Assembly (NCBI GenBank): GCA_028698185.1
Contig: JAQVDW010000052.1
Coordinates: forward strand, 1-5,734
From: Erysipelotrichaceae bacterium
GTDB taxonomy: Bacteria; Bacillota_I; Bacilli_A; Erysipelotrichales; Coprobacillaceae
Length of the DNA: 5,734 bases
Direction: 5' to 3'
Below are positions 1-5,370 of the stretch, in pieces. Numbering within the stretch: position 1 is the first letter of the stretch; every line of letters begins with the position of its first letter. The position numbers and the translations under genes were made by a program. The notes below the pieces were generated by a model that searched no databases, was not told where the DNA came from, and was given only the letters and a program-made list of their open reading frames with translations.

Positions 1-644
1 GCATCATAGACATTTTGAGCAATCTCACTTGAGCTGACTCCGGTCTGGTTAGACAGTTCGATAATCGAATCTTCTAATTCTTCAAGGGGAACTTGGGAGG
101 TGTCCGCGATTGTATTGACCTTCGCCATGGCATCTTCAAACTCCATCGCCATCGACGCACTGGCACCACCAACGGCACCAATCGCCGCAGAAACAACGGT
201 TAGCTTCTTACCAGCATTAACGAGACCATCTCCTGAAGTCTGGAGTTTTTCACCGGCTATCGATACCTTTTGGAGGGCAGTTGCCGATTCACCAGCCTGG
301 CTTTCCAATCCTTCTAGATTTTTTGTGGTCTCGATAATCTCGCGTTGCAATGCATCATACTGTTCTTGGGTAATTTTGCCATTGGCTAGAGCATCGTTAG
401 CTTGAGTGGCTGCCACTTTTAGAGTTTCCAGTTTAGTTTTGGTATCGGCAACTGCCTGGCTTAAGAGTTGTTGCTTCTGGGTTAGAAGTTGGGTATTACC
501 GGGATCCAGTTTTAGCAATTTATCTACATCGCGAAGTTGGGATTGAGTATCTCTGATTTGGGTGTTTACGCCCTTCAATGCCGATTGAAGTTTGGTTGTG
601 TCGCCCCCGATTTCAACTGTAATACCTTTAATTCGATTAGCCAT
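1..644 (-). CDS. Phage tail tape measure protein, N-terminal part (3' end lies beyond window start)
   Basis: ATG at 644-642 lies 6 nt downstream of GGAGGTG (657-651). I checked every minus-strand codon from 644 down to 3 and found no stop. The hand translation begins MANRIKGITVEIGGDTTKLQSALKGVNTQIRDTQSQLRDVDKLLKLDPGN... and continues ...GKKLTVVSAAIGAVGGASASMAMEFEDAMAKVNTIADTS... This is the typical coiled-coil N-terminus followed by the TP901-family tape measure core. It sits downstream of the G/GT chaperones, as expected. It is absent from the ORF track because its stop codon is outside the window. Confidence 0.85.
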   Translation of the reverse strand, partial: MANRIKGITVEIGGDTTKLQSALKGVNTQIRDTQSQLRDVDKLLKLDPGNTQLLTQKQQLLSQAVADTKTKLETLKVAATQANDALANGKITQEQYDALQREIIETTKNLEGLESQAGESATALQKVSIAGEKLQTSGDGLVNAGKKLTVVSAAIGAVGGASASMAMEFEDAMAKVNTIADTSQVPLEELEDSIIELSNQTGVSSSEIAQNVYD

Positions 645-670
645 TAGGTTCACCTCCTTCCATTTAAATT

Positions 671-707
671 GATAAAACAAAAACATCTACCATAATTGAT
701 AGATGTT
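671..707 (-). terminator. Putative rho-independent terminator downstream of the YbjQ-like gene
   Basis: An 8-bp perfect stem (707-700 pairs with 682-689) encloses a 10-nt loop and is followed on the minus strand by TTTTTGTTTTATC (683-671). The stem has only 2 GC pairs, so it is weak to moderate. It lies 24 nt after the stop at 731 and 13 nt before the tape measure RBS. Confidence 0.45.
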
Positions 708-730
708 GCGAATATAGATATTCATTTACG

Positions 731-1117
731 CTATATGAATTTTACTGCTGTTCCATACATTTGAAGATAGAAATAAGCAAATGCGTTGGTATCCATGTCA
801 ATATCTTGACGCATACAGATTATCGCATCAGCGCCAACCATTTCTCCCCTCTTCTTTAATTCTTCGGTAGCTATGAAGAATGCTTTTTCAAAATCACTTT
901 GACCGACAGACCACTCACCATATAAAAATCCCCAATCTGGTTGGCCCTCTGACATCATTCCTGATTTTTTCATATTGACAATTTCAACTTGATATTTTGT
1001 TACTAATTTTGAAAGGGCACTACCAAATAATCCTTTGTTTGAAACCTGAAAATATACAGGCCCTAAGATCTCATACGGCTTTGAGATATCCCCTGTAGTT
1101 ACAATCACATTACTCAT
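731..1117 (-). CDS. YbjQ/UPF0145-like (PF01906-type, 'putative heavy-metal-binding') small protein; moron cargo of unknown function
   Basis: The 128-aa ORF has AAGGAG (1132-1127) 9 nt upstream of the ATG. The N-terminus VIVTTGDI..YEILGPV and the C-terminus GADAIICMRQDIDMDT...YLQMYGTAVKF resemble the E. coli YbjQ pattern (..TT..IEG..I..G.V.. and GADAVVGIDIDYE...VSVSGTAVK). There is an extra roughly 30-aa central segment (MKKSGMMSEGQPDWGFLYGEWSVGQSDFEK). The family assignment is from memory of the fold family and was not searched. Confidence 0.6.
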   Translation of the reverse strand: MSNVIVTTGDISKPYEILGPVYFQVSNKGLFGSALSKLVTKYQVEIVNMKKSGMMSEGQPDWGFLYGEWSVGQSDFEKAFFIATEELKKRGEMVGADAIICMRQDIDMDTNAFAYFYLQMYGTAVKFI

Positions 1118-1152
1118 AGCTTTTTCTCCTTCTTGTATAATAATTTATATTT

Positions 1153-1182
1153 ATTATAGCAGTGTGTACACTCATTTTTCAA
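1153..1182 (-). promoter_or_regulatory. Sigma-A-type promoter for the YbjQ-like gene (TTGAAA -18 nt- TGcTATAAT)
   Basis: On the minus strand the -35 TTGAAA is at 1182-1177, the extended -10 TG at 1161-1160 and the -10 TATAAT at 1158-1153. The 8-bp palindrome GTGTACAC (1164-1171) lies inside the spacer. Confidence 0.55.
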
Positions 1183-1196
1183 TAGTGTAACTATTA

Positions 1197-1216
1197 TTAT
1201 CAAAATTTATCAAAAT
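1197..1216. repeat. Perfect tandem direct repeat, 2 x 10 bp (ttatcaaaat)
   Basis: Positions 1197-1206 are identical to 1207-1216. The repeat overlaps the stop of the T (-1) frame and lies just upstream of the moron promoter -35. Each copy reads TTGATA on the minus strand. Confidence 0.9.
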
Positions 1217-1738
1217 CTGACTGTGTAGCTAAAATTGGATATTTGTATTCATCATTATGACTTTCAACAAACATATCATTGACCATGCCGATTGTAAGGA
1301 GATCAAGCTCATAAATACTTAAACCAATTTGGAGGCAGCGAAGGAGAAATAGGGGTGTCGTCATTTCCCGTTGAGTTGCTCGAGCTTTTTTTTAGCGGTT
1401 ACCTCGGTTTTAGTGTTTAATCCCCAAAGTTCAATCAATTGAGGCAGAACCTGATAGATTGAAAAGGTATCAAACTCATCCAGCCACTGTTCCGGTGATT
1501 CGGGCACTGAAGGGTTGGCATGTTTGGCCATGACATAGGCGATATTCTCAAATATTTCCAAAGAGAACATGTCTAAGGATGATTCTTTAGGGTTGCTTGA
1601 TCCCATTGATTTTTCCAGTAGGTGCAGATCTTTGTAGATATCCCGTTGGAATTTGATCCGATAAATACGGGGTATTGCTGCTGAAGCTTTAAACGGGATG
1701 GACTTACCATCTATTTCGATATTTTTAATTAGACTCAT
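1200..1738 (-). CDS. Tail assembly chaperone G-T fusion product (requires a -1 frameshift at 1385-1391)
   Basis: I hand-translated the -1 frame from 1385. It reads ARATQREMTTPLFLLRCLQIGLSIYELDLLTIGMVNDMFVESHNDEYKYPILATQSDFDKF and stops at TGA 1202-1200, giving 61 extra codons with no stop. It has no RBS-linked start of its own; its longest ATG-initiated stretch is 54 aa, which is probably why it is missing from the ORF track. Confidence 0.6.
1361..1738 (-). CDS. Phage tail assembly chaperone (gpG-like)
   Basis: The ORF sits between the major tail protein and tape measure genes. The track starts it at GTG 1750, overlapping the major tail stop (GTGA). The ATG at 1738 is preceded by GAGG (1748-1745) with a 6-nt spacer and is the more likely start (MSLIKNIEIDGKSIPF...). 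Its size, position and the in-frame slippery site near its 3' end fit the conserved G/GT arrangement. Confidence 0.8.
   Translation of the reverse strand: MSLIKNIEIDGKSIPFKASAAIPRIYRIKFQRDIYKDLHLLEKSMGSSNPKESSLDMFSLEIFENIAYVMAKHANPSVPESPEQWLDEFDTFSIYQVLPQLIELWGLNTKTEVTAKKKLEQLNGK
1385..1391 (-). promoter_or_regulatory. -1 programmed ribosomal frameshift slippery heptamer A_AAA_AAG (tail chaperone G to G-T)
   Basis: The minus strand reads GCT AAA AAA AAG CTC. The heptamer A(1391) AAA(1390-1388) AAG(1387-1385) is in the correct zero-frame phase, 8 codons before the G stop at 1363-1361. Confidence 0.65.
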
Positions 1739-1746
1739 ATGCTGCC

Positions 1747-2280
1747 TCACGGATTTTGAACAGTGAATGATGCAGCATAAACGCTTTGATACCAGGCATC
1801 ATAAACTGATGATATTGTTGTATCGCCGGTTTTCGCTTTGACATAACCGTTAGCTAGAGGTGAAGCAGTAATGGCCAAGGTTTCTTCAATCTCATCTTCG
1901 GTTGTTGATGATTCGATGTTCGGTCTTGCCGCAGAGCAGTTGTAGAGCACGTGACGGATCTTTTTATAGTCGCCATCAAATTCAAACAACAGGGCAAAAT
2001 TGACGGTCTCCACATTGGCGTTTTCGATTAGAACAGAGTTGTCATCGAGCGATTCTTTTAGTACATCGGTCCGGAATGATTCGGGAACCATGGCTAGTTC
2101 CAAGTCGCCTTCATATCCCATATTGTTGGAGATGGTGTAGTAGGCATATCCATCAGCATAGAAATTTGATGGTTCACCGTTGGGGTCTAAACTTAATGAC
2201 ACGGCTCCGGGCATCGCTACCGGAGTACCAAAAGTCACACTGGATAGGTTATAATTAATTAGACAAGATAATAGGGACAT
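1747..2280 (-). CDS. Phage major tail protein (phi13/TP901-like family), 5'-truncated with an IS-derived chimeric start
   Basis: The 177-aa ORF contains ..VTFGTPVAMPGAVSLSLDPNGEPSNFYADG..GDLELAMV.., which matches the conserved N-proximal core of Gram-positive siphovirus major tail proteins. The first 13 codons (MSLLSCLINYNLS, 2280-2242) and the first base of codon 14 (2241) are encoded by the IS3 left end. No Shine-Dalgarno sequence precedes the ATG at 2280. Family members normally have about 20-30 residues before the VTYG/VTFG motif (from memory). Confidence 0.75.
   Translation of the reverse strand: MSLLSCLINYNLSSVTFGTPVAMPGAVSLSLDPNGEPSNFYADGYAYYTISNNMGYEGDLELAMVPESFRTDVLKESLDDNSVLIENANVETVNFALLFEFDGDYKKIRHVLYNCSAARPNIESSTTEDEIEETLAITASPLANGYVKAKTGDTTISSVYDAWYQSVYAASFTVQNP
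2241..2267 (+). repeat. IS3-family left terminal inverted repeat (IRL)
   Basis: TGGATAGGTTATAATTAATTAGACAAG. The first 7 nt are perfectly complementary to the right end. It contains TATAAT at 2250-2255. Confidence 0.6.
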
Positions 2281-2288
2281 GGTAAAAT
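2260..2288 (+). promoter_or_regulatory. Putative resident transposase promoter (TAGACA -17 nt- TAAAAT)
   Basis: The hexamers are at 2260-2265 and 2283-2288, upstream of the orfA RBS GGAGG (2304-2308) and the ATG at 2317. Confidence 0.35.
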
Positions 2289-2316
2289 CTTGTTAAATTA
2301 ACGGAGGAATCAAGAA

Positions 2317-2610
2317 ATGACACAACGCAGACCTAAACGAACTTACACTGATGAATTCAGAGTCAAGATGGTTCAACTTTACAATAACGGTAAACCAAGA
2401 TCGGAAATAATCAGGGAGTATGACCTGACTCCTTCGGCCTTCAATAAATGGGTGAAAAGGTACAATGATACAGGATCTTTTACTGAAGCTGATAACCGCT
2501 CGGATCATGAAAAAAAGATGCTCAAGTTACAAAAAGAGATCGAACAATTGAAGATGGAAAATGATATTTTAAAGCAAGCGGCGCTGATAATGGGACGAAA
2601 AGAAAAGTAA
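2317..2610 (+). CDS. IS3-family transposase OrfA (HTH plus leucine-zipper protein)
   Basis: The 97-aa product reads RTYTDEFRVKMVQLY..GKPRSEIIREYDLTPSAFNKWVKRY, followed by the heptad-rich LKLQKEIEQLKMENDILKQAALIMGRK. This is the canonical IS3/IS150-type OrfA. Confidence 0.9.
   Translation: MTQRRPKRTYTDEFRVKMVQLYNNGKPRSEIIREYDLTPSAFNKWVKRYNDTGSFTEADNRSDHEKKMLKLQKEIEQLKMENDILKQAALIMGRKEK
2604..2607 (+). promoter_or_regulatory. Candidate -1 frameshift site A_AAG immediately before the orfA stop
   Basis: The sequence is ...CGA AAA GAA AAG TAA. A single-tRNA slip on A_AAG (2604-2607) moves into the orfB frame and gives ...GRKEK-VIFANKHKYSISAMCKVL... There is no classical heptamer. The exact site is an inference. 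Confidence 0.4.
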
Positions 2611-2645
2611 TCTTTGCCAATAAACACAAATACTCTATCAGCGCC

Positions 2646-3425
2646 ATGTGCAAAGTACTGAATATCTCACGGGCGACTCTTTACTACAAACCAAAAGGGC
2701 GAAAAATAGATTCAAAGATGGAAACCGCAGTCATCAAATCATTTAAGGAAAGCAAGAAAAACTATGGAACAAGAAAAATCAAAGATGATTTGAATGATTT
2801 AAAAATCGTGGCAAGCAGAAGAAAAATTGGCCAGGTCATGAAGAAATATGGCTTAAAAAGCCAATATACCATCAAACAACAGCCTAAGAATCACGGCAAA
2901 GTAAACGAAGATAATGTTGATAATTTGCTTAAAAGGAAGTTCAAGGCAGATCGTCCGATGCAATATCTCACCAGTGATCTAACTTATATAAAAGTCGGCG
3001 GGAAGTGGCATTATATTTGCTTGATAATCGACTTGTTCAACCGAGAAATCGTTGGCCAGGCCAGTGGGCCAAACAAAGATGCAAACCTGGTCCTGAAGGC
3101 ATTTAACGATATACAAGGCAAACTAAGTGATGTCGATATTTTTCATACCGACAGGGGCTCAGAATTCAAAAATGAGAAGATTGAACAATTACTGATAAGT
3201 AATAATATTCAACGCTCATTAAGTGCGAAAGGAAAACCGATTGACAATGCGGTATCCGAATCAACTTACAAAATAATCAAAACAGAGTTTGCATTCAATC
3301 GTAAATTCAATGATCTAGAAGAATTATCGTTGGAACTGTTTGATTATGTAAACTGGTTCAACAATAAAAGGAAACATGGAAGTCTTAACTACAAGACACC
3401 AGTACAATTTCGGTTGTCCTTATAA
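2646..3425 (+). CDS. IS3-family transposase OrfB (DDE/rve catalytic domain); probably expressed as an OrfAB fusion by -1 frameshift
   Basis: The frame is -1 relative to orfA and is open from 2511. The catalytic residues are D in TSDLTY, D in FHTDRGSEF and E in NAVSES, with exactly 35 residues between the second D and the E. The N-terminal region ISAMCKVLNISRATLYYK is a typical HTH_21-like segment. Confidence 0.9.
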   Translation: MCKVLNISRATLYYKPKGRKIDSKMETAVIKSFKESKKNYGTRKIKDDLNDLKIVASRRKIGQVMKKYGLKSQYTIKQQPKNHGKVNEDNVDNLLKRKFKADRPMQYLTSDLTYIKVGGKWHYICLIIDLFNREIVGQASGPNKDANLVLKAFNDIQGKLSDVDIFHTDRGSEFKNEKIEQLLISNNIQRSLSAKGKPIDNAVSESTYKIIKTEFAFNRKFNDLEELSLELFDYVNWFNNKRKHGSLNYKTPVQFRLSL

Positions 3426-3427
3426 AA

Positions 3428-3454
3428 ATCGTTTAAAAAAGTGTTGACTATCCA
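3428..3454 (-). repeat. IS3-family right terminal inverted repeat (IRR)
   Basis: The reverse complement is TGGATAGTCAACACTTTTTTAAACGAT. It contains an outward-facing TTGACT at 3444-3449. Confidence 0.6.
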
Positions 3455-4983
3455 ATGGCGGACTATGCAGTTGGCTTTATTGAATGCCTCTCCCACACCA
3501 AAGGAACCTGGGCAGGAAAGCCCTTTGAACTGATAGATTGGCAAGAACAAATTATCCGGGATTTATTTGGAACCATAAAAGCAAATGGCTATCGTCAATT
3601 TAATACCGCCTATGTAGAAATACCAAATAAGATGGGAAAAAGTGAGCTTGCGGCGGCTGTTGCCCTGCTCTTGACCTGTGGAGATAACGAAGAACGGGCT
3701 GAGGTTTATGGCTGCGCTGCAGATCGTAACCAAGCCTCTATCGTTTTTAATGTGGTATGGTGCGTATGTGCCCAGCCTTATCCAAGCGGGTAAAGATTCT
3801 GGACTCACAGAAAAGACTGATCTACCAACCCACCGGAAGCATTTATCAGGTGCTTTCAGCCGATGTTGGAAATAAGCACGGCTTTAACACCCATGGCGTT
3901 GTCTTCGATGAACTTCATACTCAGCTCAATCGAAAGCTTTATGATGTTATGACCAAAGGTAGTGGCGATGCCAGGATGCAGCCCTTGTACTTTCTAATCA
4001 CCACTGCTGGAGATAATCAAAACAGTATCTGCTGGGAGGTTCATCAAAAGGCACTGGATATCATGGCAGGAAGAAAGAACGACCCTACCTTCTACCCCGT
4101 CATTTATGGTGCAGCTCTAGAAGATGACTGGTCCAATCCAAAGGTGTGGAAAAAAGCAAACCCATCCCTTGGCATCACTGTTAGCATGGATAAAGTAAAG
4201 ATGGCCTACGAGTCTGCGAGACAAAACCCCGCTGAAGAAAACAGCTTCAGACAGCTTCGACTCAATCAATGGGTGAAGCAGGCTATTCGCTGGATGCCAA
4301 TGGATAAATGGGATGCCTGTGCTTTTCCCGTTAATCCAGAAAGCCTTAAAGGCCGCGTCTGCTATGGTGGACTGGACCTTTCCTCTTCCACTGACATTAC
4401 AGACTTCGTACTGGTCTTCCCTCCACAGGATGAAGATGATAAATATGTGGTTCTTCCGTACTTCTGGATACCAGAAGACAGCATTGATCTAAGAGTTAGG
4501 CGGGATCATGCAAATTATGATGTGTGGGAGAAACAAGGCTTTTTGTTGACCACTGAAGGCAATGTGGTCCACTACGGTTTCATCGAAACTTTCATTGAAG
4601 AACTTGGAATGAAATATAACATCCGTGAGATCGCCTTTGACCGCTGGGGTGCAGTTCAGATGACACAGAACTTAGAGAATTTAGGTTTCACAGTTGTTCC
4701 TTTTGGTCAGGGCTTCAAAGATATGTCTCCTCCGACTAAGGAATTGATGAAGCTGACGCTGGAAGAAAAGATAGCCCACGGTGGTCATCCTGTTCTCCGC
4801 TGGATGATGGATAATATCTTTATTAGAACCGACCCTGCTGGAAACATTAAAGCAGATAAAGAAAAATCCACAAAGAAGATTGACGGTGCTGTTGCCACAA
4901 TCATGGCTCTTGACCGAGCGATCCGTTGTGGTGGAGAAACTGGTAATTCCGTTTATGATGATCGAGGTCTTTTAATCTTCTAA
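3455..4983 (+). pseudogene. terL: Phage terminase large subunit (Terminase_1/PF03354-like), frameshifted and probably 5'-truncated
   Basis: Two ORFs (3455-3793 and 3757-4983) together make one TerL. Recognisable motifs are FIE..HTKG.WAGKPFEL..WQ, Walker A NKMGKSE, Walker B VVFDELH, and the nuclease motifs GGLDLSSSTD, IAFDRWG and KKIDGAVATIMAL. The frame changes by a net 1-nt loss between 3751 and about 3760. The ATG at 3455 directly abuts the IS end and has no Shine-Dalgarno sequence. Confidence 0.85.
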
Positions 4984-4996
4984 TCCCATTTTACTA

Positions 4997-5014
4997 TGGT
5001 ATAATAAGTATAAT
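4997..5014 (+). promoter_or_regulatory. Possible promoter(s) for the small membrane protein gene (TGgTATAAT at 4997-5005; second TATAAT at 5009-5014)
   Basis: An extended -10 motif sits in the AT-rich spacer right after the terL stop. There is no convincing -35. A third TATAAT is at 5055-5060. Confidence 0.3.
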
Positions 5015-5083
5015 AGGCTAAAATTAATTACAGGTAAGTAGATTTGTGTGTAGCTATAATAGAGGTATGATGGAGGTATAATT

Positions 5084-5368
5084 ATGTGGGTAGTATTAGG
5101 GCTTATTGCTATAGTAGCAACTTTTATAAATCTTTATATGTATAAAACAGGAAAAGATTATAGGCTTGCTATGGCATTGGGATTATCATTTACTGCATTA
5201 ACGCTTGTTGCAGAATACAGATTGGTGTCTGATTGGGTAAAGGTTGAAGATTGGTCGGCTTTATTAGATGTTGTTCCTGGTATGGAAAAAGCATTATGGT
5301 TTCTTACAATTGTTTCAATCTTACTAAATATAGCACCTATATTATTAGAGTTAAAAAATAAAGAATAA
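5084..5368 (+). CDS. Small integral membrane protein, three predicted TM helices, unknown function
   Basis: GGAGG (5072-5076) lies 7 nt upstream of the ATG. The 94-aa product has hydrophobic segments WVVLGLIAIVATFINLYMY, LAMALGLSFTALTLVAEY and ALWFLTIVSILLNIAPILL, and a short charged tail ELKNKE. It is visibly more AT-rich than terL. Confidence 0.7.
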   Translation: MWVVLGLIAIVATFINLYMYKTGKDYRLAMALGLSFTALTLVAEYRLVSDWVKVEDWSALLDVVPGMEKALWFLTIVSILLNIAPILLELKNKE

Positions 5369-5370
5369 TT

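Larger units (their letters stand above)
2241..3454 (+). mobile_element. IS3-family insertion sequence, apparently intact (1214 bp)
   Basis: The termini are 5'-TGGATAG...CTATCCA-3', the TG...CA ends typical of the IS3 family. The imperfect inverted repeats match at 17 of the first 27 positions by hand alignment. orfA and orfB are in the 0/-1 frame arrangement, and orfB has an intact DD(35)E motif. A -35 in the right end and a -10 in the left end would form a consensus junction promoter on circularisation. Confidence 0.85.

Noticed and set aside
100-405. A 101-aa plus-strand ORF (MSAIVLTFAMASSNS...)
   Set aside because: It lies entirely antisense to the well-supported tape measure coding frame. 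It is low-complexity and Ala/Pro/Ser-rich, as expected for a shadow frame of a coiled-coil gene, and it has no RBS.
2076-2258. A 60-aa plus-strand ORF inside the major tail protein gene
   Set aside because: It is antisense to a recognisable major tail protein, has no RBS and its composition does not look protein-like (Trp/Arg/His-rich).
1-2280. A domesticated F-type tailocin, given that the tail module is retained without head genes
   Set aside because: The major tail protein gene is 5'-truncated with an IS-derived start and no RBS. Only part of the tail module is visible, so nothing here supports a functional tail-like particle.
2293-2508. A 71-aa minus-strand ORF overlapping IS3 orfA
   Set aside because: It is a shadow ORF antisense to the canonical OrfA HTH protein, with no similarity to anything I recognise.
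3444-3475. A hybrid promoter formed by the IRR outward -35 (TTGACT) driving the terL remnant
   Set aside because: There is no acceptable -10 hexamer 16-18 bp downstream (3466-3473 reads tgcagttg). The terL ATG at 3455 would also lie upstream of any such transcription start.
3743-3760. Programmed ribosomal frameshift in terL, considering the T5 run at 3744-3748
   Set aside because: The -1 frame contains TAA at 3748-3750, so slippage on the T-run would terminate immediately. The permissible window (3751-3760) has no X_XXY_YYZ motif. Mutation or sequencing error is the simpler explanation.
3563-3875. Two short ORFs (3563-3808 on the minus strand, 3678-3875 on the plus strand) around the terL frameshift
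   Set aside because: Both are alternative-frame or antisense readings of terL sequence. The terL frames explain this region completely.
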